A stretch of DNA of 64,000 bases, taken from positions 1-64,000 of the forward strand of contig MU006006.1 of NCBI GenBank assembly GCA_010093745.1, written 5' to 3'. The notes below the pieces were generated by a model that was not told the DNA's origin, searched no databases, and was given only the letters and a program-made list of their open reading frames with translations. Source of the DNA: Piedraia hortae CBS 480.64 (lineage: Eukaryota). Made by a program: the position numbers and the translations under genes. Positions 24,572-35,380 of the stretch are shown here, one piece after another; within the stretch, counting starts at the first letter, position 1, and each line of letters opens with the position of its first letter.

Positions 24572-26473
24572 ATGCATTCACCTCCAGTAGTGGAAACACC
24601 ATATCTCATCGTGGGTGCCGGGCCAGCAGGAGCGGCACTAGCTTGCTTTCTTTCAAGTCACGGACTGAAAGGAATCATCATCTCGGCAGCAGAGGGCACG
24701 GCAAAAGAGCCGCGAGCTCACATTACGAATCCGGCAACGGTGGAATGTCTGCGGGACATTGGGTTGCAAGAAGAGGCCCTAAAGGCATCCACTTCTGGGG
24801 ACTACCTGGGTATGGTTCGGTGGTGTCATGACATGGTTGGAGAGGAGTACGGACGTGCTCCCGCATGGCAAAGTAACCCTGAAGCAAAATTGCAATTCAC
24901 AAGGGCAAGTCCCTGCGAATTTATCGATCTTCCCCAGTCGCTGCTTGAGCCGATCCTTGTTCGAAGGGCGGCCGGTGGGGGTTGGAAAGTGAGGTTCAAC
25001 ACCAGGTTCGTGAAGTATGAGCGAAGCTCCCCACAAGAACCGTTCTACACTGAAGTTCTGGACGAAACTTTGAACCAACCCTTCATTATCAAAAGTAAAT
25101 ATCTCTTTGGCTGCGACGGAGCAGGTTCCAGGGTGGTGAAGCAGTTGGATCTTCCCCTCAGCAAGAGACCTGGCCAAGGTCATGCAATGAATATTGTCGT
25201 TGAAGCCGATCTTTCACCTTTCATGGAAAATCGCAAGGGATTTTTGCATTGGATTGTCCAGCCCGAGCAAGATTGCCCGCTTTGGGCGAGAATGACCGTG
25301 GCTCGGATGATCAGGCCATGGCACGAGTGGATGTTCGTTATCGTCTTACCTCCGACCACCGAGGAGCTTGCTGCGTTGCCGTCTGATGAAGAAATCCTAG
25401 GCTACATGAGCAAGTGGATCGGAGACGACAGCATCCCCATTAAGATCCTTTCTAAGTCAAAATGGCGCGTCAACGATACCATTGCAAAACGATATGATGA
25501 TGGCAGCCGACGCATCTTTGGATTAGGAGATGCAGTTCACCGACATCCACCGCACAACGGCCTGGGAAGCAACACTTGCATCCAAGACGGATACAACCTG
25601 GCCTGGAAAGTAGCATATGTTGAGAAAGGGCTGGCCCATGAGAATCTTCTCGATTCCTATAGTGCGGAGCGCCAACCAATCGGCAAAAAGGTGGTGCAAA
25701 AGTCTAACACAACCGTCTCGACAATGTTTGGAGTCTGGAAAGCCATGGGCATCCTGTTAGATGATGTCAATGAACGGAAAGCACATTTCGAACAATTATC
25801 GGCGCCTAACGAGACGGGTAAAATGTATCGCCAGCAGTTTGAGCAGGGCATTTCCCGGGTCAGAAGTGAGTTCACCACTCTCGGCATCCATATGAATCAG
25901 CAATATCAGTCCGCCGCCATTATCAGCCGGGACGAAAAGGAATTAGCCCCCGATTGGCCCTGGGAAGAATATATCAAAAACCTCCAGCGTAGCACCTACC
26001 CAGGACACAAGTTGCCGCATGCAATACTCTTCAATAGAGTATCGAGTCAAGGCCAAATCTCTACCATCGATCTCGCTGGACATGGCGCTTTCTGTGTCAT
26101 CACCGGCGTTGGAGGCGATGCTTGGAAGACCGCTGCCAAGAATATCAGCGCGCGCTTGGGAATTCCCTTCAACGCTTATAGCATTGGTTGGAAGCAGGAT
26201 TGGGAAGACCTTTACGGTGACTGGTCCCGCTTGCGTGAGATTGAAGAGGATGGATGTCTCCTTTGCCGTCCCGACCGCACCATTGCTTGGCGTAGCATGG
26301 TCATGCGTGACGATGCCGCGGAGTTCCTTTTGGATGTTGTGAAGGCTGTCCTCGAAATTGAGGATGCTTCTTTGACCGATGGAGGGATCGGAGGTACGTC
26401 ATTGACAAAGAAGGGAATAGAAGGCACGCCTTTGACCAACAAGGAAAAGGAACAAATCTCTTGTAGTAAGTAA
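24572..26473 (+). CDS. FAD monooxygenase copy 3 (intact, about 3 tail repeats)
   Basis: MHSPPVVETPYLIVGAGPAG start homologous to copy 1; same FAD motifs; uninterrupted frame. Confidence 0.9.
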   Translation: MHSPPVVETPYLIVGAGPAGAALACFLSSHGLKGIIISAAEGTAKEPRAHITNPATVECLRDIGLQEEALKASTSGDYLGMVRWCHDMVGEEYGRAPAWQSNPEAKLQFTRASPCEFIDLPQSLLEPILVRRAAGGGWKVRFNTRFVKYERSSPQEPFYTEVLDETLNQPFIIKSKYLFGCDGAGSRVVKQLDLPLSKRPGQGHAMNIVVEADLSPFMENRKGFLHWIVQPEQDCPLWARMTVARMIRPWHEWMFVIVLPPTTEELAALPSDEEILGYMSKWIGDDSIPIKILSKSKWRVNDTIAKRYDDGSRRIFGLGDAVHRHPPHNGLGSNTCIQDGYNLAWKVAYVEKGLAHENLLDSYSAERQPIGKKVVQKSNTTVSTMFGVWKAMGILLDDVNERKAHFEQLSAPNETGKMYRQQFEQGISRVRSEFTTLGIHMNQQYQSAAIISRDEKELAPDWPWEEYIKNLQRSTYPGHKLPHAILFNRVSSQGQISTIDLAGHGAFCVITGVGGDAWKTAAKNISARLGIPFNAYSIGWKQDWEDLYGDWSRLREIEEDGCLLCRPDRTIAWRSMVMRDDAAEFLLDVVKAVLEIEDASLTDGGIGGTSLTKKGIEGTPLTNKEKEQISCSK

Positions 26474-26617
26474 TATGTATTTAGAAGGCCAGTCGTAGCA
26501 GTTTGAAGATTCCTCGCTTGATAGATGGAGGGAAGGAAATGTTTAGAAATCACTGCTACCACTAGATCTACCTTCAGAAAACAAAGCGTCCCGGGTGGGT
26601 CAGAAAACCTTGTAGCC

Positions 26618-26748
26618 TTTGTTTGTTTGCTTGCTTTCCATTTTACGTCCATGGATGGGTCATAGCTCCTAATGAGCTTATGCCCGGACCCTAATGGACG
26701 TTAGACGGCGCGGTGTTGCACCCCGCGGGAACTTACAACGTGCCGAAA
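26618..26748 (-). mobile_element. LINE 3'-tail-like / SINE-like fragment
   Basis: Reverse complement shares ordered blocks TCGGCAC, CCCGCGGG, CGCCGTCTAA, CTCAT, GACGTAAAA and an AAC-rich tail with the LINE 3' end at 17168-17298. Confidence 0.55.
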
Positions 26749-26917
26749 AGACAAATGAGGCAGGCGCAAACATGCACATCCATTAGCTTGCATCAGTGGC
26801 TGGCCGACCAGCTTGCATGAAGCTCATTACATGGTTGGTAGACCCCAAACGGTAGTGGATGTAAGATTGTGAGGGAAGTTCACTGACTCAATGTGCGCGC
26901 GCGGGCCATAACCCTAC

Positions 26918-27222
26918 TGTCGGAGAGGTAAACCTCCGAGGACTAAAGCGGAACGTAGATCAAAGCCAAATGCGTGCACTCAACTCTGACCAAAAGGTGA
27001 ATGTAGATGTCTATTTCTATGTGAGGTGAGACTCCAAACCTTCTCCACACTACCTCAGTCTAACCGCATTCGCCAGGACAACGTCAGCAAACCATGCCCT
27101 TAAGCATGAACGAGACAATGACCCATCTCAATGGAAGTCTTCCTCTATAGAGGTGAAAGCCCTGAGGAGTTTCGACTTCTATCTAGGTTTCCGGTCATGG
27201 TGGGTGCCACATCCTTCTGACA
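26918..27222. mobile_element. Solo LTR (305 bp) with 5-bp target-site duplication
   Basis: Termini TGTC...GACA; CCTAC on both sides (26913-26917 and 27223-27227); second copy at 62396-62699. Confidence 0.88.
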
Positions 27223-27684
27223 CCTACAGCACCGTGAAAGAGACGAGGAAGGAGCAGATTGACACACCCTCCAGCGTGTGTTAGCGACAGACCGATCAGG
27301 CTGAGTGTTTAAACCAGTGCAAAAATTCCGCCGCAGATGGATCTGGCAGACAGGGTCAATGACATGTTGTTAGGGTACTCACTGCAAGCAACCAAGCAAG
27401 TCATGACTCGGAAAGGGGGAGTTGAGGCAGAGCTTCTGCCATCGTAAAATCAAGTTTCGTTATTATGCGTTGCTTAAATGATGGACTCGTTCCGAATCAC
27501 ATGGCTTTACGCACTGTGCAGGCTTCTTTGTCCGTGGTCTGGTCAAACCCCCGACGTTCAGATCCTTTTAGAAAGTTCAAATCTATCTGGAGGTATGTAG
27601 AGCATATCCCTGTTATCCGTCATCTTTCATGAACAAGTGCCTATCCTCAATCACACACCCTCAGATCCTACTTCTCTCTGGTTC

Positions 27685-29372
27685 TGTCACGCCACGGGCT
27701 ATGCTCTCCTTATAAATGTGTTGTGTCTTACGGAAGAGCTAACTACGCCGTGGGCTGGAGATGAGGTGTCGGGTCACGTGGCTGCGATATGGTTCCGTGA
27801 ACAGTACTTCCCCTCTCCAGTAGGGTTAGTCTCTAATCTAAACCTTTCAGGCTTATTCCCTCTTGTTTTCCTTGGTGGTAGCACCCGTTTTTGGCTGGGC
27901 TCCATGCTCTGCCGTTGCTCATGCGTTTTGGGGGCTAGCCACTCGGGTGGTCCGGGGTTGATGGGAAAGCGTTTGTGGAATTGTTGTTACAGCTTCGCTG
28001 CCCCCTTCATGTTTTGTTCAACCTTCCAGGTGGGGTTGTCGTCATGCTTTCACTTGATTTTGTAGGTCAGGCCACTCTCTTCGATGTCCTCGTCGTGGAC
28101 ATCTAATATTTTATCGACCTCCCAAGCGTCCTGGAGGTTGCAGTCCTCATCGCGGACTGTCACTCATCCTCTTACGTTGCGGCGCTCTGCTTCGTTGATG
28201 GTGCTTTGCTCCGGTCTTGTTGGAGGCTGATATTGTCGCACTTTGCTGCTATGCAGACTATTATTGAACTTGTATTTCGATGGCAGTTTCACGACAACTG
28301 CCCCTCGATGTGCCTGGAGAACCTCGAATGGGCTGTCCCATTTGTCGTCCCATTTTTTCTTTGGCCTATTTGTATCAACATGCTCCAGACTAACCATGAC
28401 CAGATCTCCTAGTGTATATTCTGGGCTTTGCTCACGTCTTTCATCGGCATTATCCTCGTACCGGGCTTGGGACTCACGGGAGAGTGCTTGCAGCTGGCTC
28501 AGTATCCTGTCAAAGCGGTCCGCAATTCTGTCAGCCCGGAGATATTCCTTGCGGGCAGTATCTGAGAGTGGCGGGACCGGTGCCAGTGGCTCGATGCTGA
28601 GGCGAGGATGGAATCCGTAGTTGGCGAAGAACGATGAGACCCCAGTAGTCTCGCTCACTTGATTGTTCGTTGCGAACTCAACAATGGGTAACCACTCGAC
28701 CCAGTCATCTTGTGTAAAACTAACGAAGGCTCTCAGGTATTTGTTGATCGAGGCGTTTACAACTTCCGTCTGACCATCCGTCTCAGGATGGTGGGCAGAG
28801 CTAGGGTGTAATTTCACCTTCAGGCGTTCGCTCAAGGAGCAGAGGCTGCTCTTTTTCCGCAGGCCCTACGTTAGCATCGTTAGTAGATGGGGCGTCAGCC
28901 GACTCCGAGGTTTCCGAGGCCACCTCGACGAACCCAGTGGGCGCTATTGCCCGTAGCTGTGGGGTATTGTGCATGGGAATCCAGTTTTGCGCAGGCTGAT
29001 AGTTCGGGTGGGGAGGGACCAGGTAATAGTATTGCGGGTTATGGGCCGTAGTCATATTTGGGTACTGCTGCGCAGGGCGATTTGTGGGCATGTTCTGCGT
29101 CTCCGTTCTGTGGACCTGCCCGTTCTTTTCGCGGCACTGATTCTCGGCTACGGTGGCTTTGTTTGCCGGGAGCCGACTTGTGAGTGGGCATCCGGATCGG
29201 GTTATGAGGGCAGTGGTGGTCACTGGCCATATGACCGGACTGGCCGCAGGCCACACATAGCCCATTGCGCAGCCTGCGCTGCCGCTCCTCCTCCGATAGC
29301 TTCGCCCTCGACAGGCCCATAGGCTCGCCGGGATCGTCTCCTGGCGCGCCATCGTCGGTAGACGTGACGCAG
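27685..29372 (-). mobile_element. Internally deleted Ty3/Gypsy chromovirus remnant (gag Zn-knuckle, integrase C-terminal half, chromodomain, PPT, short 3' LTR)
   Basis: Gag EPMGLS..ERQRRLRNGLCVACGQSGHMA; integrase SSAHHPETDGQTEVVN..YLRAFV..QDDWVEWLP..KKWDDKWDSPFEV; chromodomain AWEVDKILD..YKIK*K..PTW. PPT GGAGAGGGGAAGTAC (27804-27818) abuts a TGTTCACG..CGTGACA LTR at 27685-27803. Confidence 0.88.
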
Positions 29373-29374
29373 GC

Positions 29375-30222
29375 ATTCATGTATCTGAAGAGACAAAAGA
29401 CGCATCACTCCAGCTTCCACGTGCAATGATGATCTCCGCCGTATTGAATGGTATTTTGGGCGTTGCAATGCTCATTACTTTCTGGTTAGTCTCATTTACA
29501 TTTCCCTTCTTCCCGCTGACCTTAACAGCTTTTGCATCACAGACCTAGAAGAACAAGTTCTCAACGCCCAAACAGACTATCCCATCATCGATATACTCTA
29601 CTCGGTAACCAAATCGAAAGCGGGCACTTGTGTCCTCGTCAGCCTGCTAATCTACTTGAACTTCATAGGCTGCGTCGGCGTCGTGGTCGCATCATCTCGC
29701 CAGTTATGGGCATTTAGCCGCGACAACGGCGTCCCGTTCTCAGCAAAGATCAAAATCGTATCACCAAAGTGGAAGATCCCGATGAACTCATTATATGTCT
29801 GTTTCGCCATAAGCGTGATTCTGACAGCCACAAATTTCGGCTCTGACATGGCCTTCACCATCATTGTCAACGTGTCTAATGCATTCTCGCTTTTCTCTTA
29901 CACCATCTCCATAGGATGCATTAGACTGAAGCGCCTCCGAGGTGAGCCGTTACTCCCCCGCCGCTGGTCGCTGGGCAAATACGGTGGCATTATCAACGAC
30001 ATCTCACTGGCTTGGTTGGTACTCGGCTTTATTTTTTCCTTCTTTCCAATGGCACCATACTCGGGCAGCAGTGGCTGGTGGAAGGAATCGGCCAATTACA
30101 GCTTCATCATCTTTCTGGTCGCCTGCTTTGCAGCGTTCATTTACCACTGGAAGATGCCTCAAGGAGAGAAACGCTATGTTCCGCCAGTGTTCCTTATCCG
30201 CAACAACCAGGCTTTCTCATGA
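29375..30222 (+). pseudogene. 3' half of an APC-family (GABA/choline-type) amino-acid permease
   Basis: IHVSEETKDASLQLPRAMM..; intron 29485-29528; ..ASSRQLWAFSRDNGVPFS..RRWSLGKYG..NY. The N-terminal half is missing and the sequence abuts gag. Confidence 0.8.
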
Positions 30223-30566
30223 CTGGTGAAACGCAAAGGCGCCTTTGCATGCAAGGCTGTGTTGAGTTAGAGGTTAGGTCATAGCAATGGATGGTCTTGC
30301 ATGATGCTCATCGTTTTTTCGATCTTTGGGACTGCCAGATCGCACTTGGGACATATTTTAAATCATAGAACTTCTCAAACGACCTGTGACAACGGTCTCA
30401 AAGGTAAGATCCTTGTTATGACCACGTGCATCTAGAAATTTCGCTATGGGGCGAAGCAATTTGCAATAGTGATTCATTCAAAGCTGTGTGTTACTCTCCA
30501 CCTACCTGCACCTGCACCTGGTTCCCAAACTCCATGCCTTCTACACAGAACGCCTAATCATCCCCC

Positions 30567-31000
30567 TCATGCCGCAATGGTCTCACTAGGCAGCGAAGCC
30601 TCGATGGCGGTTTCAACAGTCTCCGCGGGAAGAGCCGACTCGAGAGAGCCATTCACTATTTCCCCTGCAAAGTAATAGTAAGACCTACGCCAGACATTGA
30701 CGACATGATCTGGCAGATAAAAGACACAGGCGGTGATGAACATGGACATTGTCAAGATGAGGATCGTGTCTGATCTCATTAGAACATGTTGCAGTATCCA
30801 CAGACTGCGAATAACTCACTGAAAATGACCTTTTCTTTCGGACTCAACATGTACAATGCAAAAGTGACCTCATACTGGTAGTTCTTCCGTCGCAGCCATT
30901 GCGTAAGTGCAGACGGTGAAGAGAGTAGCAAAGCGCCTATGAGCGCTGCGCCGCCAGCAGCGGCCAGAGCCGTATAGGGTATGTTGTTGATGTTGTCCAT
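30567..31000 (-). CDS. Serine palmitoyltransferase small subunit-like membrane protein
   Basis: Exons 31000-30820 and 30769-30567 (intron GTGAGT..CTAAT..CAG). WLRRKNYQYEVTFALYMLSPKEKVIFNTIL...YLPDH motif. Confidence 0.8.
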
Positions 31001-33608
31001 TAGAGTCGCCTGTTGACAGATGAGAAGGGTGACAGGTCCGACGGGACGGAATAACTCGGAGCAGTGCACTTTCTATGCACCTTCGAGAAGACCACAGATT
31101 TCTTTGTTAGTTTTTCTGGCGCTGGCTAAGAGGCAACGAGGATCAGTCTCCCAGTAAGCAACGCTTAAGCCTCCAGGAGGTTGCAAGGCGTCGCGGAACC
31201 AATTCCGCCTTGACCACGACTCCACGTTAGTCTTCCAATGGACTCTTGAACCTCGGTCTGTAGATATCAAATTGTTAAAGGTGCCTGCCCATATCATGCA
31301 GAAGCTTCTGTACTACCACGTTATCTCCAAACTTTTGGGCTGAAAGATGCTGTGAGAGACAGCCCACCCGATTACCCACATCTACAGATACAGCCCTGGT
31401 GGTATGGCTCAAGTTTAAGCATCACGCACTACTTGCCAAACTCTCCGAAGCTTGCATAAGGGCTCTCGTGGAAGGAGTTGTAGCGTCAACACGGATAGGT
31501 AGTAGGTGTGGCGCCGGGCTACCGTGCATAAGACACTCCGTGAGTCTTAGGCATGCAATAGTCATCATTACCCACACAGTCTGCGTCAAAATATCCGTCA
31601 GAGGGGTCAGAGTAGTAAGAATATGGATGGAAGGAGACTCGGAAGGTGATGTTATTGTTACTACCTAGCTACCAAGACTCTAGAGGAGGTGAGGTTGACG
31701 GTCACCTTAATCATATTGTGACTGGCTCCCGGCTAACATCAACACAAAGAGGGGCTGTACAGGACCGAAGTCATTGGAGCTTTTGCAACTTTCCGTGCCT
31801 TTTACTGGTCTTCTTAGTTGCCGAAAGGAAGGATAATTGCCAGAATAACTCCTGTGAGGATGCGCGTACCGATTAATCGTATTATGGCTTTTTGAACGTC
31901 CAGATCGAGGCGCTTCCAAGTAACGGAAAGATATTTCACCTTTCGGCCTATACTTTTTCAGTGTTGCCAATTGGACTTCTTGACCATTCTGCTTGTCAAT
32001 TCCCAGTACATCTTCATCGCACTTTTAGGCAAAGATTGTTACCATCGTCTACCTCTCAAAGCTTGATGCCAGTCCCATTCGGTTACATATTATTCTATTC
32101 GCGGGGTGTTCGACTCTTGGAGAAGGTTGCTTTTTCACGAGCCAGTCGCGGAATCTTGGATTTTTTGCTGTGGAGGGTAGGGATTTCCAAGTGTGAACGA
32201 TTGAAAAGCTGGGCATGGTATGATAATCGCCACGAATATGTCATATCTTCTCCTGGTATCTTGGAAATGTTGACGACTCACGGCCCCGCCAGTGGGGCTG
32301 AAGTCGTAAGCCAAAAATTGGGTAGGTTTGCTCTAATTAGTGTCAGCTATCACCGCATGACCTGGGATGATAACTGATTTCAAAGGGGAATTAACGGATA
32401 TTCCCTTTAGGCACTAAAATGTGAGACGCAAAGCAGCTAAAACATACGTGATATGGCTGTCTTCTCAGTGAACAGTATGCATTGAGATGGGGTTTCGATA
32501 CAGCCTATGAACGTGCCGACGTTTGCGTGAGGAAGCTGGTCGTTAAAGAAGTCGTAGCGTCAACACGAAGACCAGTAAGTGTGACGTTGACAGAAGTCAT
32601 CTTTCTAGAAGCCTGCATCGGGCTTTGGGTGGGATTTGACAATCCAACTGTGACCGGTATCTACTCAGTATGCTCCAAAACATCGATCCAATAGTCCGCT
32701 AAGGGGTCGTATGCAGTATAAGCTATATGAGATTTAGCGCTATGAGATTGTGCAGCTTTCTTTGTTTCCTTGGCGGCTATGGCAATGGCAGGTACCATGG
32801 TCACAACTGCAAATATGCATAGAGCGGGTACCGCACATATCAGGTCTCGCCAGTGCCAATGCAAGCGGTGCCAAGTGACAGGTATGAAGTACTTCACCTC
32901 TCGACATATGGATTTCTGGCGCCGCCAGGTGGTGGTTGCCCATGTCTTGATATGTCTGCTTGTTGAATTCTAGTGTCGCCGGGATGTAGCTCTGAATCCA
33001 TCTCGGCGTTTGTTGCAATCATCGAAGCGGCCACCAGTACCTCTAAGCTCAATACTGGGCTGAGGTGTGACCATATTCTTTCGTTCGTCGTATGTTTAAC
33101 TCTTGGAGAAGACTGGACTCAATAGGGTGGGCGCAGATCCTTGGGTGTGAAGATGAAAGTGTGGACGGATGACAAGTTGAGCACAAAATGCATGACAAAA
33201 ACATTATGTTTATCGTGGGGTCTGTAGAAATGATCTATCATCTATCATAGTTCGTGGCCTCACCAATGGGATGGAAGCTGTGAGTTAAAAGTTAAAAGCC
33301 CGAGTAAGATCCTCATGCTTGAAGTCAAGCCCCTGGAAATCGCGATGGTTATTCCACAGCCACAAGCAGTTATGGACTACAACATGGTTGGCATCACGGA
33401 GAGTATCATATGTAGAGAGAGAGTACGAGGTCTGATGAAGTGAGCAAACCAGCGGAATGGAAGATTGTGGACGTCTGCAACGGGAAGCCGCTGTGATTGG
33501 CTGAGCGCAGACGCCAAGGCGAATTGAGTGCGGGCGGACCCGACACCAGCCGACGCCTTCAGCATTCCACTAGAACAGCTTCTGCCTTACCCTCGTTTTA
33601 ATATAATC

Positions 33609-34576
33609 ATGGCAGTATTGACGCCAGTCCCCCAAACGTCGGCGAAAAGGGGTGAACACGAGTCGACGGCTGCGCGACTTCTTGGAGCCGGTACGCCTTT
33701 CTCTCTCTATTGTACGACACCAACTAATGCCTCCCAGGAGCGGCCGGTCTCTCGGAGCTCGTCGTATTTCATCCCGTAGATACCATCGCCAAGCGGCTCA
33801 TGTCAAACCAAACACCCGTTCGCTCGGTATCGCAATTCAACTCTGTCATCTTCAAAAACCACGCATCGGAACCTCTCGCAAGGCGATTCTTCACTCTCTT
33901 TCCCGGACTGGGCTATGCAGCTGCCTACAAGATCCTGCAGAGAGTGTACAAGTATGGCGGGCAGCCGTTTGTAAGGGATTACCTGTCCAAACACCACGGC
34001 GAAGCGTTTGATCGGTCGTTTGGCAAAGGCAACGGCAAAGCCATTCTACATGCTACAGCTGGAAGTCTTGTGGGCATAGGGGAGGTCATCCTCCTTCCGC
34101 TGGATGTACTGAAGATTAAGCGACAGACAAACCCAGAGGCGTTTCGCGGCCGAGGGGTGATGCGTGTTGTGGCCGACGAGGGATTCTCTCTATACCGCGG
34201 CTGGGGCTGGACGGCGGCAAGAAACGCTCCGGGATCGTTTGCCCTGTTTGGTGGTTCTGCGGCGGCCAAGCAGTACATGTTCAAGCTCGGCGACTACAAC
34301 AAGGCGACGTGGTGGCAGAACTTTGTGGCATCGATTGCGGGATCGTCGGCGTCCATCATCGTGTCGGCGCCGCTGGACGTCATCAAGACGCGCATACAGA
34401 ACCAGAACTTTGAGGTGAAGAAGACGGGCGCCAAGGTCGTTATGGACCTGATGCGCAACGAAGGCGGCGCTGCCCTCTTCAAGGGCCTCGTGCCCAAGCT
34501 GCTGATGACGGGACCCAAGCTCACCTTCTCCTTCTGGCTCGCCCAGACGCTGATTCCCATCTTCAATCGCATGTAA
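33609..34576 (+). CDS. GGC1: Mitochondrial GTP/GDP carrier
   Basis: Intron 33691-33737. ESTAARLLGAG-AAGLSELVVFHPVDTIAKRLMSN; PGLGYAAAYKILQRVYKYGGQP; PLDVLKIKRQTNPE; three carrier repeats. Confidence 0.93.
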
Positions 34577-34600
34577 AAATATGTACAGTGGGTCTAACTC

Positions 34601-35380
34601 TTAATCGCCGCCAAAGTCTCCCCCAAAATCACCGCCATCGTCGCCACCGTAGCCGCCGCCATCTCCGTACCCATCGTCCCCGCCGTCCATGGCCTCGCCT
34701 AGCATTGCGCCTCCCAAAAGTCCCGCGGCTCCCACACCGAGCATCGGCATCATGTTACCGTGACGTTTCGGTTGTGCACCGTAGGCTGCCTGCTGGCCGC
34801 CCATCCCGCCGCCCATCATTCCGCCGCCCATTCCACCGCTACCGCCGAGTTTTCCGGTCAACTTTCCGAGGAAACCGCCTCCCTTGGTAGCCGTCGCCGG
34901 CTGGCCACCGTACGCCTGCCCATATGCCGGTTGTGCCCCGTATGCTTGCTGTGGCTGCTGATCATAAACTGGTTGCGGCGCGCCGTACGACTGTTGGCCA
35001 TAGGAGGGCTGCGCACCGTAGGGCGACTGTCCGTACGCCGGTGGCGCCTGCTGGTTGTAGTAACCACTCGCAGCTCCGCCCGCGGGACCCTGGGAACGCC
35101 TATTCTCTTCTTCCTGCAGCTTGCGTGCATACTCCTCGTCCGACATCTTCTCATTGCCCGTGGGCTTATGGTCGCCAGCGGGCGTGGCCGGCTGTGTGGG
35201 TTTCTCCCACGACGACTGCTTGGTGTCTGCCGGAAACCGTAAGCCATACAATGCTCTCTATGTCCGCGCAAACTTACAAAGGTTCACATAGAACCATTCC
35301 TTGTATTGCTCGTTCCACACCGCTTTCCATCCTTCGGGCACGCGGGGCGGCGGAGGGCCGGAAGGTGGTGCAAACTCCAT
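34601..35380 (-). CDS. WWM1: WW-domain protein with Gly/Gln/Tyr-rich tail (Wwm1-like)
   Basis: MEFAPPSGPPPPRVPEGWKAVWNEQYKEWFYVNL-YTKQSSWEKP across intron 35227-35277; C-terminal GAAGLLGGAMLG..DFGGD. Confidence 0.82.

Noticed and set aside
26918..27222. Hammerhead (CTGAGGA) or HDV-like (TGGCGAATG on the minus strand) ribozyme in the LTR
   Set aside because: The required stems could not be built, and both cores differ in the second copy.
7500..30300. Starship or other giant transposon as the origin of the island
   Set aside because: No tyrosine-recombinase captain gene and no boundary repeats identified.
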